This document shows, piece by piece, positions 36,998 through 49,500 of a stretch of 64,000 bases of DNA. The stretch is from an uncultured Kiritimatiellota bacterium (GTDB lineage: Bacteria; Verrucomicrobiota; Kiritimatiellia; RFP12; DVOR01). A program made the translations under genes and the position numbers. Position 1 is the first letter of the stretch; each line of letters begins with the position of its first letter. The stretch is taken from assembly GCA_944389945.1 (NCBI GenBank), contig CALXOF010000001.1:3016-67015 (forward strand), given 5' to 3'. The notes under the pieces are model-generated. The model had not been told where the DNA came from, searched no databases, and saw nothing but the letters and a program-made list of their open reading frames with translations.

Positions 36998-37939
36998 GGG
37001 GAGATTATAACAAAGGAGAACGGAAAACGGAGAACGGAGAACGGAACGCGCGGCAAGCGCGCGACGGGTGAGGGCGCTGGGAGGGCGTGGAAGGTTTGCC
37101 CTGCGGGGCTGACACGAAGGTGCACGAAGGACAAGGGGCGCTGACGCGCCCCGGAGAACGGAGCGTGCAGGCGCGAAGCGCCAAACCTTCCACGGCCACA
37201 GAGAACGGAGAACAGAACGCCCCTGCGGGGCGACGGGTGGAGTGGTGTGCCAGGGCTTCTCGGTCTCATCGCCGCCAAGGGCGGCGGTCCAGGCTTCAAC
37301 CTCTGTGGCTCCTCCAAGCCTCCAAGCTTCTAAACTTCCAAGCTTCCCATAGCCCCTGCACCCCCGGCACGTCTGCGACGTGCCAGAAGGACGACGAGGT
37401 AGGACATATAGGACATATAGGACCTATAGGACGGGGCTACGCCGGAGGACTCCCCAAAACCAAAGCGTGGCGTACGAAGCCCGCCATGCTCCTACAGGCC
37501 CCCGGGCCGGACGTGCGCCTTGCGCGCACGCACGGCCCGCCTTCAGCGTCGCCTTTCTTTGTGTCCTTTGTGAGACCTTGTGTCCTTTGTGATAAATCCA
37601 CACTAGCAGTCCTGCGTGCGCTAGCACGCCCTTAATCTGCAACAAATCTGTGAAATCTGCGGTTCCCCTGCGTCGTGCTCTTAGCCGTGGAAGGTTTGGC
37701 GCTTCGCGCCTGCACGGTGTCTCTTTGTGGTCCTTCGTGTTCTTTGTGATAGCCGCGCAGCGTTCGGTCTCATCGCCGCCAGGGGCGGCGGCCCGGGCTT
37801 TCACCTCTGCGGCTCCTCCAAGCCTCTAAACTTCCAAACTTTCAAGCTTCTACGGGGGCGCTTTGCGCCCCCGTAAGCGGCGCGACGGCACAAAAAAAGG
37901 CCCCCGGATGGGGGGCCTTTTGTGCCGAGTCAGCGACGC
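36998..37939. repeat. Mosaic repeat block (heptad GAGAACG tracts, gcgcgcggcaagcgcgcg hairpin, ggtctcatcgccgccaagggcggcgg module, cacg..ctagcacgcccttaatctgc module)
   Basis: All modules recur elsewhere in the window in different orders (see findings). Confidence 0.7.
37893..37920 (-). terminator. Terminator after gap
   Basis: Minus strand: ggccccccatccgggggcc followed by T7. Confidence 0.7.
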
Positions 37940-39722
<1,783 letters not shown>

Positions 39723-40148
39723 TCACGCGTCTTCCAGGAAGTGCTTGGCTTTGGCGAGGCGGGAGTAGAGGGACGCGAGGGTGTCGGGGGTGACGGAGGA
39801 GGCGGGGACGCGGATGAGGACGAAGAGGGGGTGGTCGTCGGTGGCGAAGCCTTGTTCCACGAGGGTGACGCCGGGGGGAAGCTCGGCGGCGGCGCCGAGG
39901 AGGGCGTGGGCGTCATCAAGGGTGCGGACGGGGGGAAGGTCGAGGGCGAGGGAGAGGGCGAGGGTGGCGGTTTCGCCGGGGCGGTCGGGGACGTCGGAGA
40001 GTTCCAGGAGGCCGTCTCCGAGGGCGTCGCGGCGGAAGGTCCAGAGCCAGTCGGCGGGTTCGGCGATGAGGGCGTCGGTGTGTTGGCAGGCGGCGAGCCA
40101 GGCTTGGACGTGGGTGTGGGCGGAGAGGAGGGTGTCGGCGGGGGTCAT
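39723..40148 (-). CDS. Hypothetical small protein (141 aa), translationally coupled to GHL10 gene
   Basis: ATGA overlap with the upstream gene. Coding-like. Confidence 0.45.
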   Translation of the reverse strand: MTPADTLLSAHTHVQAWLAACQHTDALIAEPADWLWTFRRDALGDGLLELSDVPDRPGETATLALSLALDLPPVRTLDDAHALLGAAAELPPGVTLVEQGFATDDHPLFVLIRVPASSVTPDTLASLYSRLAKAKHFLEDA

Positions 40149-42052
40149 GGGGCTTTCCTTGCCTTGAGGAGGGGGAGAATCTCGGTGCGGAGGGTCTCGT
40201 CGAGGTCGAAGAGGGCGAAGCCGCGGCAGCCGGCCTTGGCGGCGGCGTCGATCTGGCGGAGGGTCTCGAAGGGGGTGAGGGTGCTCTCAGCGGCGGTGAC
40301 GCCCACGCCGCTGACGACGCGGCGGGCGAGGGCGCGGTCGGCGGTCTGGGTGGTGAGCCACTCGCGGAGTTTGGCGGCGTCCTCGGTGTAGTTCATGGGG
40401 AGGGCGGCGTCGAGGAGGCCGCGGCGGAGCCAGCCGAGCCAGTCTTGGCCCACGCTGTCGATGCATGTGGGATACTTGCCGTAGACAGCGGCGGAGAGGG
40501 CGATGGCGGGTTTTTCGGCGCGGAGCCAGGTGCGGACGTCGCGCACGGCGGCTTCGATTTGGTCGGCGCGCCAGCGAAGGAAGTCCGCGCGGCGGGCGCC
40601 GCCGGGGCGGGAGACGCAGTCGGGCCAGTTGGGGGCTTTGCCGCAGGCGGCCTCGAAGCGGGCCTTGGTGCGCGGGCCGAGGCTTTGCGGCAGGCCGGGG
40701 AAGCGGATGAAGTCCAGGTGGATGCCGTCGACGTCGTAGCGCGTGGCGATTTCTTTGACGGCGGCGAGGAGGCGCGCGCGGACGGCGGGGTGGGTGGGGT
40801 CGAGCCAGCCGAGGTCCTTGCCGGCGGCGTCTTGGAGCGTCCAACCGCGGCGGCGGAAGTCGGCCACGGCCTCGGGGCTTGCGGCGCGTTCGCAGGAGAA
40901 ACAGAGGATCCAGGCGTGCACGCGGAGGCCGTGGCGGTGGCAGGCGGTGAGGGCCTCGGACAAGAGGTCGTCCTGGCCTTTGCGCGGCAGGGTCTTGGAG
41001 GGGTAGAGCGCGAAGGCGGCGCCGGCGACATTGACGTAGACATCGGTGACGCCGGCGGCGGCGAGCTCGCGTGCGGTGCGATCCCAGTCGCCGGGCCAGA
41101 GGCCGAGCGCGAAGTGGTCCCATACGCCGATGGTTTCGCCGGGGCGCGCGGAGAAGGTCTGCGCGTAGGCGCGGGCCGTGAGGGCGCGGAAGTCGCGGGC
41201 CGCCTGATAGGCGTCGGCGCCGCCCTTGCGGAGGGCCTGGCGCGCGGACTCCTGCTGCGCCTCGACGAGGGCGAGGGTGCGTTGGGCGGCGATGCGGCGC
41301 GGCGACCCCGCGGGGAGGGCGCGGACGCGGGTGCGGAGGGCGGGGAGTTCCTTGGCGGCGTCGTCCAAGACGCGGTTGGCGGCGGCGGTCCACACGCCGG
41401 GAATCTGCTCGGCGGCGATGGCCAGGAGGAGACGGCGCTTGCCGTCCTCATCGCCGTCGCCGGTGAGGATGTGGGTCATCCAGCAGTGTCCGGCAGGGGT
41501 GCGCCACCAGGCGACGCCCGCGCGGCGGCCGGCGTCGTTGATCCACCAGGCCAGGGGGGCGGCGGCGCCGGACTTGGCGGGCTTGACCTCAAAGCGGTTG
41601 GCGCTGGTCTGGACGATACGCGTCGGCGCGCCTTTGGGGCGGTTCGACAGGAAGTCCATCGCGCGGCGCGGGCCGTCGGCGCGGTAGCCCACGGTGCGCA
41701 AGCCGAAGAGGCGTGCCAGGGCGTCGGAGCCCGAGTAGCAGACCACGAAGCGCGTGCCGGCGTCCATGCCGCGCCGGACCTGCGTCAGGAGGGCGGGGGT
41801 GGGGGTGTAGCAATCCACCAGCACCGCCACGCGGTGGCCGTCGCCCCCGCGAAAGGCTGTGTCCGCCACCAGATCGGTCTCCACGCCGCATTCGCCATAC
41901 CAGCGCTGGACGTGGCCCGCGAGGGCTTTGGCGTAGGCGCGCTCGCCGGGCGCCACCGCGTCCACGGGATAGACGACAGCAATGTCCGCCGCCCACAGGC
42001 AGAGGGCCCAAAGGCAGAGGAAGAGAGAAAAGAGGAGGCGGGGCGCCCGCAA
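40145..42052 (-). CDS. Glycoside-hydrolase-like family 10 (GHL10/DUF187) secreted protein
   Basis: Signal peptide. 'GVTDVYVNV', 'HGLRVHAW', 'VDGIHLDFIRFP' motifs typical of PF02638. Confidence 0.7.
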   Translation of the reverse strand: MRAPRLLFSLFLCLWALCLWAADIAVVYPVDAVAPGERAYAKALAGHVQRWYGECGVETDLVADTAFRGGDGHRVAVLVDCYTPTPALLTQVRRGMDAGTRFVVCYSGSDALARLFGLRTVGYRADGPRRAMDFLSNRPKGAPTRIVQTSANRFEVKPAKSGAAAPLAWWINDAGRRAGVAWWRTPAGHCWMTHILTGDGDEDGKRRLLLAIAAEQIPGVWTAAANRVLDDAAKELPALRTRVRALPAGSPRRIAAQRTLALVEAQQESARQALRKGGADAYQAARDFRALTARAYAQTFSARPGETIGVWDHFALGLWPGDWDRTARELAAAGVTDVYVNVAGAAFALYPSKTLPRKGQDDLLSEALTACHRHGLRVHAWILCFSCERAASPEAVADFRRRGWTLQDAAGKDLGWLDPTHPAVRARLLAAVKEIATRYDVDGIHLDFIRFPGLPQSLGPRTKARFEAACGKAPNWPDCVSRPGGARRADFLRWRADQIEAAVRDVRTWLRAEKPAIALSAAVYGKYPTCIDSVGQDWLGWLRRGLLDAALPMNYTEDAAKLREWLTTQTADRALARRVVSGVGVTAAESTLTPFETLRQIDAAAKAGCRGFALFDLDETLRTEILPLLKARKAP

Positions 42053-42054
42053 GG

Positions 42055-42276
42055 TCAGGCCTTGTGGCGGTAGATGATGCGGCCCTTGGTGAGATCGTAG
42101 GGGGAGATCTCGAGCGTCACTTTGTCGCCGGTCGCAATCTTGATGAAGAACTTGCGCATCTTACCGGAGATATGGGCCAACACTTCGTGGCCGTTCTCCA
42201 GCCGCACCCGATACATCGTGGCCGGCAAAACCTTGACCACTACGCCGTTGACCTCAATCGCGTCGTCACTCGCCAT
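42055..42276 (-). CDS. infA: Translation initiation factor IF-1
   Basis: '[73 protein letters not shown]'. Start at Met52 of the track ORF. Confidence 0.95.
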   Translation of the reverse strand: MASDDAIEVNGVVVKVLPATMYRVRLENGHEVLAHISGKMRKFFIKIATGDKVTLEISPYDLTKGRIIYRHKA

Positions 42277-42948
42277 AAGCATTCCTTTTGAGTTGAAACA
42301 ATGTAGGTTATTGTAGCACATTCTGAAGGAGAGCGTGAGTGGGCGCAACGGGCGAGGGCGCTGGGAGGGCGTGGAAGGTTTGCCCTGCGGGGCTGACACG
42401 AAGGTGCACGAAGAACCACGAAGGTTCACGAAGGGTGAAGGACTGCCAGAATGGGAAACCGCCGATTACGCAGATTAAAGCCGATTAGGGGCCGGCTACC
42501 GCCGACAGGACTGCCAGTGTGGATTTACCACAAAGGACACAAAGAGCCACAAAGGACACAAAGGGGACTGGATGAATGGGTGATTAGCTGATTGGAGGGG
42601 TGTGGGGCGCTGCCCCACGCCCCAGCAGGGAGAAGTTCTTCCTGCACCCCCGGCACGTCTGCGACGTGCCAGAAGGACGGACCAGCAGGAGATACAGGAG
42701 ATTCAGGAGATGCAGGAGCGCGCGTAAACGCGCGACGGACGGGGCCGTGAACCAAGCTTCTCAGTCTCCACAAACGTTCACTTTGTGTCCTTTGCGAGCC
42801 TTTGTGCCTTTGTGGGTGCCGCGCAGCGATGCATAGCGGCTTCGCCGGTCGCGCGCTTGCGCGCGTTCTGTTCTCCGTGGCCGTGGAAGGTTTGGCGCTT
42901 CGCGCCTGCACGCTCTGTTCTCCGTTCTCCGGGTCGGCAGGGCCGCCC
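42277..42948. repeat. Mosaic repeat block
   Basis: Contains gattacgcagattaaagccgattaggggccggctaccgccgacaggactgccag, tgattagctgattgg, the triple-hairpin module (ggtgtggggcgctgccccac / gcagggagaagttcttcctgc / ggcacgtctgcgacgtgcc) and GAGAACG tracts. Confidence 0.7.
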
Positions 42949-44367
42949 CTAATCCCGAAGGATGGCGCGGAGGGCGTCGGGGGGTTGGGGCCAGGGGCGG
43001 ACTTCGACGCGCATGCGGCCATATTCGGCGCGGCGGCTGGGCTCCATGCCGGGCGAGAGGATAAGGATGGGGGTCGGGGCGAGGCGGGCGTCGCCGCGGA
43101 TTTGGCAGACGAGGTCGCCGAGGTAGGACTCGGGGAGGGAACCATCCAAGAGGAAGCGTGCAGGGGTGACGCCTTCGCAGCCTTTGGGCACGTCGATGGC
43201 CTCGCGGTCGACGCGAACGCTGAGGCCGACGTCCTCGGCCGCGCGGGAGACCTCTTCGATGAGGGCCTCGTCGCCGGAGACGATGACCTGGAGTGGGCCG
43301 GGGCAGGTGGGCAGTGTGGCGGTGACGCGGGTGCCGCAGTCGGTGCCGGGAACGGGGGACTCGATGTGGAGTTTGCCGCCGTGGAGGGTGACGATTTCGC
43401 GGACGATGGAGAGGCCCAGGCCCGTGCCGGTGACTTGGTCGCCCACGCGGAAGTAGCGTTGGGAGACGCGGGGGAGGGCCTCGGGCGGGATGCCGATGCC
43501 GTTGTCGTCGACACGGAGGAGGGCCTGGCCGTCTTGCTCGGTGACGGAGACGGTGATGGCGCCGCCCTCGGGGGTGTACTTGATGGCGTTGGAGAGGATG
43601 TTGAAGCAGACGCGCTCGATTTTGTGGCGGTCGGCTTCGGCGTAAATCTCCTTCGGCGCGGGGGCGAGGGTGAGGGTCTGGCGCTTGGTCTGGGCCTGGA
43701 TGGAGAGGGAGTCGACGACCTCGCCGAAGAGTTTGGTGAGGGGGACGCAGGATTTGCGCAGGGTGAGGGTGCCGTTCTCCATCTGGCGGAGGTCGAGGAT
43801 GTCGTTGACGGTGGTGAGGAGGCGCTTGACATCGACTTGGAGACGCCCGACGTAGTCCTTCGCTTTGTCCGGGAGCGGGCCGCAGAGGCCGCGGGTCATG
43901 TTGGTGAGAGCGTAGGACATGGAGGTGAGCGGGGTGCGGAGCTCGTGGGAGACGTTGGAGACGAACTCGGTGCGGTCGCGGACGGCGGCGCGGAGGCGCT
44001 CGTTGGCTTCTTCCAGACGGTGGAGGCTCTCGACGCGGACGGAAACGTCGCGCAGGGTGACAAAGACGCGACCATCCTCTAGGCGATGGAGGATGGTCTC
44101 AGCGACGAAGGTGGAGCCGTCCAGACGCTTGGCGTAGTTCTCCAGGACGACGAAGGGGACAGCGGTGAGGCGCTCGCGCAGATAGGTGGGGAACTCGGCG
44201 GAGAGGTCGTGGTCGTTGGGGAAGTCGGTCGCGGTCAAGCCGATGAGGGCCTCGCGGTTCGGGGCGCGGAAGAGCTCGATGGCGCGGGCGTTGCAGTCGA
44301 TGACGCGGAAGTCAGCATCGGTGACGAAGGCGGCCTCGCCGATGGCGTCCAGGGGGATGTCAGTCAT
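42949..44367 (-). CDS. Sensor histidine kinase (PAS-HisKA-HATPase) with C-terminal receiver-like extension
   Basis: H-box 'SHELRTPLTSMSYAL'. 'RVDDNGIGIPPEAL', 'GTGLGLSIV'. Confidence 0.8.
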   Translation of the reverse strand: MTDIPLDAIGEAAFVTDADFRVIDCNARAIELFRAPNREALIGLTATDFPNDHDLSAEFPTYLRERLTAVPFVVLENYAKRLDGSTFVAETILHRLEDGRVFVTLRDVSVRVESLHRLEEANERLRAAVRDRTEFVSNVSHELRTPLTSMSYALTNMTRGLCGPLPDKAKDYVGRLQVDVKRLLTTVNDILDLRQMENGTLTLRKSCVPLTKLFGEVVDSLSIQAQTKRQTLTLAPAPKEIYAEADRHKIERVCFNILSNAIKYTPEGGAITVSVTEQDGQALLRVDDNGIGIPPEALPRVSQRYFRVGDQVTGTGLGLSIVREIVTLHGGKLHIESPVPGTDCGTRVTATLPTCPGPLQVIVSGDEALIEEVSRAAEDVGLSVRVDREAIDVPKGCEGVTPARFLLDGSLPESYLGDLVCQIRGDARLAPTPILILSPGMEPSRRAEYGRMRVEVRPWPQPPDALRAILRD

Positions 44368-46219
44368 TGGGGGTCTCCTTCATGGGCCAGCGGAGGAAGA
44401 GGTCGACGTCCTCCGGGGCGAGCTCGTAGAGGAGGGGGCCGCCCTGGATGAGGGCGGGTGCGGCGCCGGTGGCGGGGTCGCGGTCGCCGATGAGCAGCAC
44501 GCGGCGGAGGGCGCCGTCGGAGGAGGCGTCAAAATCGAGCGTGAGGCGGAGGAGGGGCGGGTCGAGGCCGTAGGTGCTGAGGCCGTTAAGTGCGACGGGG
44601 GCATCGCGCAGGACGCGCTTAGCCTTGAGTCCGGAGAGGCGGGCGAGCCAGGCGTTGACGATGTCCATATCGGCAAAGAGGCCGGCGGGGAGGCGCGTCT
44701 CCCAAGCGAAGGTATCGATGTCGCCGCGGGCAATTGCGCAGTGGGCGCCGTCGCGGCGGCTGACGTCAATCTGGCGGATTTGCGTGGCGGGCACGGCCAA
44801 GACGGTGCGGTCGACCAGGGCATGGCGCAGACCGGGGCTCAGCAGACGTGCGGGGAAATCCTCCGCGCGGACGCGGTAGAGACGGGATTGGTCGGCGCGC
44901 CAGATGAGGGTGTCGCCGTTGGGTGCGCCGAAGCACGCCAAGGAGATGTCGCCATCCGGGCCCTCCAACGCGATGACGCAGTTGGGCTTGCCGGTGGGAC
45001 GCTCCGAGCCGGCCTGCGCGCCCGCCAGGGCGGTGAGGTCCTTCAGGAGTGCCTTGACGCCGGCGGTGTCGGCGCGTTGGCCGGCGGGCCGGTCGAGGAA
45101 CCAGGCGTCGTTGCGGAGGGAGAGCCCGACGGCGGCATCCGGGGCGTCCGGGCGCGTGACGGAGAGGCGCGTGACCTGGGTGTTCGCGCCGAGAATCTGT
45201 AGGTCGCCGAGGTCCGGTGCGAAGGGGCCCTTCGCGCCAAAGTAGTCGGGCAGATCCGCCGAGACGGCGACGACGGCGGTGGGCTCGGCGTCGTTGGGCA
45301 GACAGAAGACGGTGCCGGGGTGGTTGGGGTCTGGGTTGGGGCGGCCGAAACGCAGGGTGATGGGGGCATCCCGGCCCTGCACGTGGACGGTGATGCGGAG
45401 CGCGTTCTCATCGTCCAATCCGCACGCGCTCAACTCCTTGTCCGAGACGGGGGGGCGTCCGTCGGGCGGGGTGGCGGTCTCGGGCAGGCAGTAGTCGTCA
45501 ATGGCGTCCGCCGCGGTCAAGGCGTTGAGGACCTCGGCGACTTTGGCGTTCGAGACCTCGAAGCGGAAAGGTTGCGAGACCTCCCACTGGCCGTTGGACT
45601 TGTGGGTGAGGCGCGTGAGGGGGGAGCCCGGGGCAAGCCACTCCAGCGCGCGGATGCGGCTTGGGGCGAGTGGCAGCAGGGTCCGCGTCCGCAGGGATTC
45701 CGGCGTACGGTCGAGCAACGCGGCCACGGCATCGGCATCGACGGTCACCAGCGCGCCGTTGACCTCGGCCAGGGTCTGTGCCAGGGGCATGCGTTGGGGG
45801 GCGCCGAAGCCGCGGGCATAGGAGGCCTCTGTGGTGCGGACGGTCAGGTGGCGCGCCACGCGGAAATCACTGTCCGCAATGGGCCCCAGATAGGCACCCG
45901 CGCGCAGGGATTGGAGTGCGTCGAGCAGGTCGGCGACGGCGGCATCGTCACACCGCACGCCGGGGTAGGGGCGTTCCATGCGCCAAGACTCGCCGTCGCG
46001 GCGAATCCGGATGGCCGTCGAGCCCTCCTCAGAGCCCTCCCACACGATTTCGGAGATGGTCTCCGTCTGGACGGGGAAGAGCGGCATGCCCTCGGGAAGG
46101 GGGGTGACCGGGCGCATTCGGCGCTCGACCACCAGGGCCACCGCCAAGGCGATGACCACCACGAGCAGAATCAAGATGTTGCGGCCGAATCTCATCCCCG
46201 CCTCCTTGTCGCCAACCAC
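44360..46219 (-). CDS. DUF4340-like membrane-anchored protein
   Basis: N-terminal TM helix. Large periplasmic domain. Position after the GldG-like gene matches the usual GldG/DUF4340 pairing. 8-nt overlap with the histidine kinase gene. Confidence 0.5.
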   Translation of the reverse strand: MVGDKEAGMRFGRNILILLVVVIALAVALVVERRMRPVTPLPEGMPLFPVQTETISEIVWEGSEEGSTAIRIRRDGESWRMERPYPGVRCDDAAVADLLDALQSLRAGAYLGPIADSDFRVARHLTVRTTEASYARGFGAPQRMPLAQTLAEVNGALVTVDADAVAALLDRTPESLRTRTLLPLAPSRIRALEWLAPGSPLTRLTHKSNGQWEVSQPFRFEVSNAKVAEVLNALTAADAIDDYCLPETATPPDGRPPVSDKELSACGLDDENALRITVHVQGRDAPITLRFGRPNPDPNHPGTVFCLPNDAEPTAVVAVSADLPDYFGAKGPFAPDLGDLQILGANTQVTRLSVTRPDAPDAAVGLSLRNDAWFLDRPAGQRADTAGVKALLKDLTALAGAQAGSERPTGKPNCVIALEGPDGDISLACFGAPNGDTLIWRADQSRLYRVRAEDFPARLLSPGLRHALVDRTVLAVPATQIRQIDVSRRDGAHCAIARGDIDTFAWETRLPAGLFADMDIVNAWLARLSGLKAKRVLRDAPVALNGLSTYGLDPPLLRLTLDFDASSDGALRRVLLIGDRDPATGAAPALIQGGPLLYELAPEDVDLFLRWPMKETPND

Positions 46220-47649
46220 AGAAGCAGACAGAGCGTTGCGGGCACGAAGAGAACGGCGATGGCGAAATCCTTCCGCCAGGCCCGCGAGTCTTGTCCCACC
46301 CGCAAGACACCGGCGCCGCTGCTCGCGCCGCTGCCGGGCAATTCAACCAGCCACCGGACGGCATTGACGGCGAGGTCGCGGTTGGCCGAGGCGTGCCCCC
46401 GGGTGAAGCGATTGGTGGCGAAGCCGGATTCGCCCACCACGACCACGCGGCCGCGATGGAAGGCCAAGTCCGCGCCCATGCCGCTGCCGCTTTCTGCGGC
46501 CATCATCACGGTGGCCACGCGGTCGGGCAGGGTCTCGGTGGGCAGAGTGTCGATGGAGACCAACGGCGTGACCGTGACGGAGCCGTGGTCCGACGAGACC
46601 GCCCGCGGGGTGGATGCCGAGGCGTCGCTGGGCTGCGAGACGGCGGCAGAGCCATGGTCCGCGGCCACCATCCGCAGGGCGCGCGGCGCGACGAAGGTGA
46701 CCTGTGCGCCACCCTCGGTCAGCTCGCGGGTGATGGGGTGGTTGTCGGCCAGCCGGTCGGCCAGCCCCGTGCCATCCGCGCCGTTGCGGGAAGGCACGCG
46801 CGGGGTCGTCTCCACACGGATGCCCCATTGCTCCAAGAGCGGCGCCAGGCCAACGTCACCCGCCGGCGGCAATGCGCACAACAGGCGTCCGCCGCGATCC
46901 AGCCACTCCTCCAGGCGTACCCGCTCGGCGGCGGAGAGGTCGTGGTGCGGCCCCATGATGAGGAGGGCCGAGACGGATTCCGGAATCTCCCCGGCCTGCT
47001 GGAGCGAGACCGGAATAATTCGGATACCCTCGCGCTCCAAGGCGCGACGGAAGCCGGAGAAGCCGTCCATGGGGTCTGTGTCGGCATAGGCCGGCCGCCC
47101 CTCGGCGGCGCCTTCGGTGAGCCACCCCACCGTCACGCCCTCGGCGCTCAGGCGCATCAGCGCGGCGGTGACGGCAGATTCTGCCTCAACGGGGTCATAG
47201 ATGCCTCCTTGCGCGGCTAGCAGGTCCCGCTCTGGGACAAAGACGCGCCGCCCGGCCTGGCGGAACAGCAGGCCGGGGCCATCGGCGCCCTGCGCCATGA
47301 GGCGCGCCGCGGTGCCGGCATCCTCGCGCGGGTCGACATATTCCAGCTCGATGGTGGCGCCGGCGACCTCGCGCGAGACTTGCGCGAACTTGCGCAACAG
47401 CTGCCCGACCGGCGCGGCGGCGGGCGATTCTGAGGGGAGCACGCATGCCACCGAGATGGTGCCGGAGGTCTCCGTCAATGTGGTACGTCCCCGTTCCGAG
47501 ACGGTGGGCTCGCCGCAATAGGCGCTCAAGTTAAGCGTCGGGCGCAGACGCGCCAGCAACGTGTCGGCCAGGATGGCGGCAAGCAAGGCGAGCGCCACAC
47601 AGATGATGGCGCCGCAAAACCACTTCCGCTGGCCTTTGGAAAGCCTCAT
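46192..47649 (-). CDS. GldG-like ABC-transporter auxiliary component (ABC_transp_aux)
   Basis: N- and C-terminal TM helices. Periplasmic domain 'GIRIIPVSL...LLIMGPHHDLSAAE'. 4-nt overlap with cdaR. Confidence 0.55.
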   Translation of the reverse strand: MRLSKGQRKWFCGAIICVALALLAAILADTLLARLRPTLNLSAYCGEPTVSERGRTTLTETSGTISVACVLPSESPAAAPVGQLLRKFAQVSREVAGATIELEYVDPREDAGTAARLMAQGADGPGLLFRQAGRRVFVPERDLLAAQGGIYDPVEAESAVTAALMRLSAEGVTVGWLTEGAAEGRPAYADTDPMDGFSGFRRALEREGIRIIPVSLQQAGEIPESVSALLIMGPHHDLSAAERVRLEEWLDRGGRLLCALPPAGDVGLAPLLEQWGIRVETTPRVPSRNGADGTGLADRLADNHPITRELTEGGAQVTFVAPRALRMVAADHGSAAVSQPSDASASTPRAVSSDHGSVTVTPLVSIDTLPTETLPDRVATVMMAAESGSGMGADLAFHRGRVVVVGESGFATNRFTRGHASANRDLAVNAVRWLVELPGSGASSGAGVLRVGQDSRAWRKDFAIAVLFVPATLCLLLWLATRRRG

Positions 47650-48641
47650 GGTTCAGACTCCTGGGGTTGGGGTTCCGGCAACAGCCGCACCAGCGGAGGC
47701 CGCACCACCACACTGTTCACGCGATTGGAGCTCGGGAAAATAATCTGTGGCTCGCAGGGCAGACCGTCCGGACACTCCGCCACCAACGCCACCACGCCGG
47801 CTGGGTCGATGGTCTCCAGCTCGCTGCTGATGCCCCGCGCCGTCACCTCCACGGTCGTGGCGTCCGGCACATAGCGTGCGCCGGAGGCCGACTGCAACAC
47901 GCGCACCGGCACCTCCGTGAAGATCCGCGCGCCGTTCTCGCGTTGAAGGATGACCTCCGCCCGCACACGCTCCGGGTGCACCGTCCAGCCGGAACGTTCG
48001 TCCGGCGGCAGCACGCGTAGCATTGCGGTCTTGTCGCTTGAGAGGTTCGCCACGTCCATCAGCTCCGTGCGTAATGGCCGGTGCGGGTCTATCTCCTCAA
48101 AGAGCGCGCTCGGGCCCGACACCAGCACCTCCTCGGGCTTGATGTAGACCTTGGCCTCGGTGAAGGCCGGGAGGCCAATCACCTCCGGCTTCGCCACGCG
48201 GAAGGTCCGCTCCTCGCGCGGCGAAAAGGTCACCGTCAGCTCCGCCTGCTCGATGGAGGCCACGCGCAAGCCGGCGGGGCATGACACATCGCTCCGTGAC
48301 AGGTGGAAGTTCAGTGTTTTGTTACCGTCTTGTGGACGCTCTGGGCGCACCCGCACGCGGGGCCGCTCGGCCCCCGGCACCGACAGTTGGCGGATGGCCT
48401 CCTCGGACCCGCGGAAGGTGATGTCCACCACCCCGGGCTCCACGCTGGGGATGGCCGTCGCGCCCTCTTCCATCTCCAGTTCCACTGGCAGGGTCAACGT
48501 CTGCGTATAGCTGGTCGATTGGCGGATGGTCAGGAAGACGACCAATGCCACTGCCAGGGCCGCCACCTTCCACGGCCAGTTGTTGCGCAGCGTCGCCCAC
48601 AGGGCACGGACATTCCATCGGAATTTAGGCACGGCGCTCAC
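47646..48641 (-). CDS. cdaR: YbbR-like CdaA regulatory protein
   Basis: N-terminal TM helix plus YbbR-type beta repeats. Immediately downstream of cdaA, overlapping it. Confidence 0.7.
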   Translation of the reverse strand: MSAVPKFRWNVRALWATLRNNWPWKVAALAVALVVFLTIRQSTSYTQTLTLPVELEMEEGATAIPSVEPGVVDITFRGSEEAIRQLSVPGAERPRVRVRPERPQDGNKTLNFHLSRSDVSCPAGLRVASIEQAELTVTFSPREERTFRVAKPEVIGLPAFTEAKVYIKPEEVLVSGPSALFEEIDPHRPLRTELMDVANLSSDKTAMLRVLPPDERSGWTVHPERVRAEVILQRENGARIFTEVPVRVLQSASGARYVPDATTVEVTARGISSELETIDPAGVVALVAECPDGLPCEPQIIFPSSNRVNSVVVRPPLVRLLPEPQPQESEP

Positions 48642-49500
48642 GCTCCTTTGTCACAAATGGCTTGAGGAACCACGGCACCGCGTGGCGCGGTCCGAAGACG
48701 GCCTTGAAGAAGTTGCCCTGCCCCTCCGGCGGCACGAACGCTGCGCGCAGCAGACGCTCCAGCTGGCGGTCGTTTAGGTTCTTCATCAGGTTCCCGTCGC
48801 GCGCCACCGAAATCTGCCCTCGCTCCTCCGAGACCACCAGAATCAGGGCATCGCACTCCGCCGAGAGCGAGAGCGCCGCCCGGTGGCGCGTCCCCATCCC
48901 CTGCAAGCGCAGTTCGTTGTCGATGGGCAGGATGCACCGCGCCGCGCGGATTCGGTTCCCGCGCAGAATCACCGCGCCGTCGTGCAACGGCAGGGGCGGC
49001 GTAAAGATACTGAAGAGCAGGTCCTCGCTGATGAGCGCGTCCAGTTGCGTCCCCGTCTCGCACCACCGGTCCAACGCCACCGCGCGCTCCACCACCAGCA
49101 ACGCCCCTAGCCGGCGGTTGGCCAGACTGCGCGTCACCCGCACCAAGAGTTCCGCCGGCGTCTCCGGCAACTTCCCTTGCAGGAGCTGCACCGAGGCGTT
49201 CTTGCCCAAAACCGACAGCATCCGGCGCAGTTCCGGCTGGAAGACCACCAGGAGCGCCAACATCAGCACAATCGTGATCCACCGCAACACCACGTTCACC
49301 ACGTCCAAATCCAGGAACGAGGTCACCAGAAAGATCGCCAGGAAGACCGAGCCCACCCCCAGCAGAATCTGCGCCGCGCGCGTCCCCTTCAGCCAGAGAA
49401 ACGCATAATAGATGCCGGTGGTCAAGAGCGCCACCTGCAACACATCCATCACCGTCGGCCACCACGCGCTAAACATGGGCCGCCTCCTCCGCGCGTTCAA
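48625..49500 (-). CDS. cdaA: Diadenylate cyclase CdaA (c-di-AMP synthase)
   Basis: Three N-terminal TM helices. DAC domain 'HDGAVILRGNRIRAARCILP...GMGTRHRAALSLSAECDALILVVSEERGQISV'. Confidence 0.9.
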   Translation of the reverse strand: MNARRRRPMFSAWWPTVMDVLQVALLTTGIYYAFLWLKGTRAAQILLGVGSVFLAIFLVTSFLDLDVVNVVLRWITIVLMLALLVVFQPELRRMLSVLGKNASVQLLQGKLPETPAELLVRVTRSLANRRLGALLVVERAVALDRWCETGTQLDALISEDLLFSIFTPPLPLHDGAVILRGNRIRAARCILPIDNELRLQGMGTRHRAALSLSAECDALILVVSEERGQISVARDGNLMKNLNDRQLERLLRAAFVPPEGQGNFFKAVFGPRHAVPWFLKPFVTKERERRA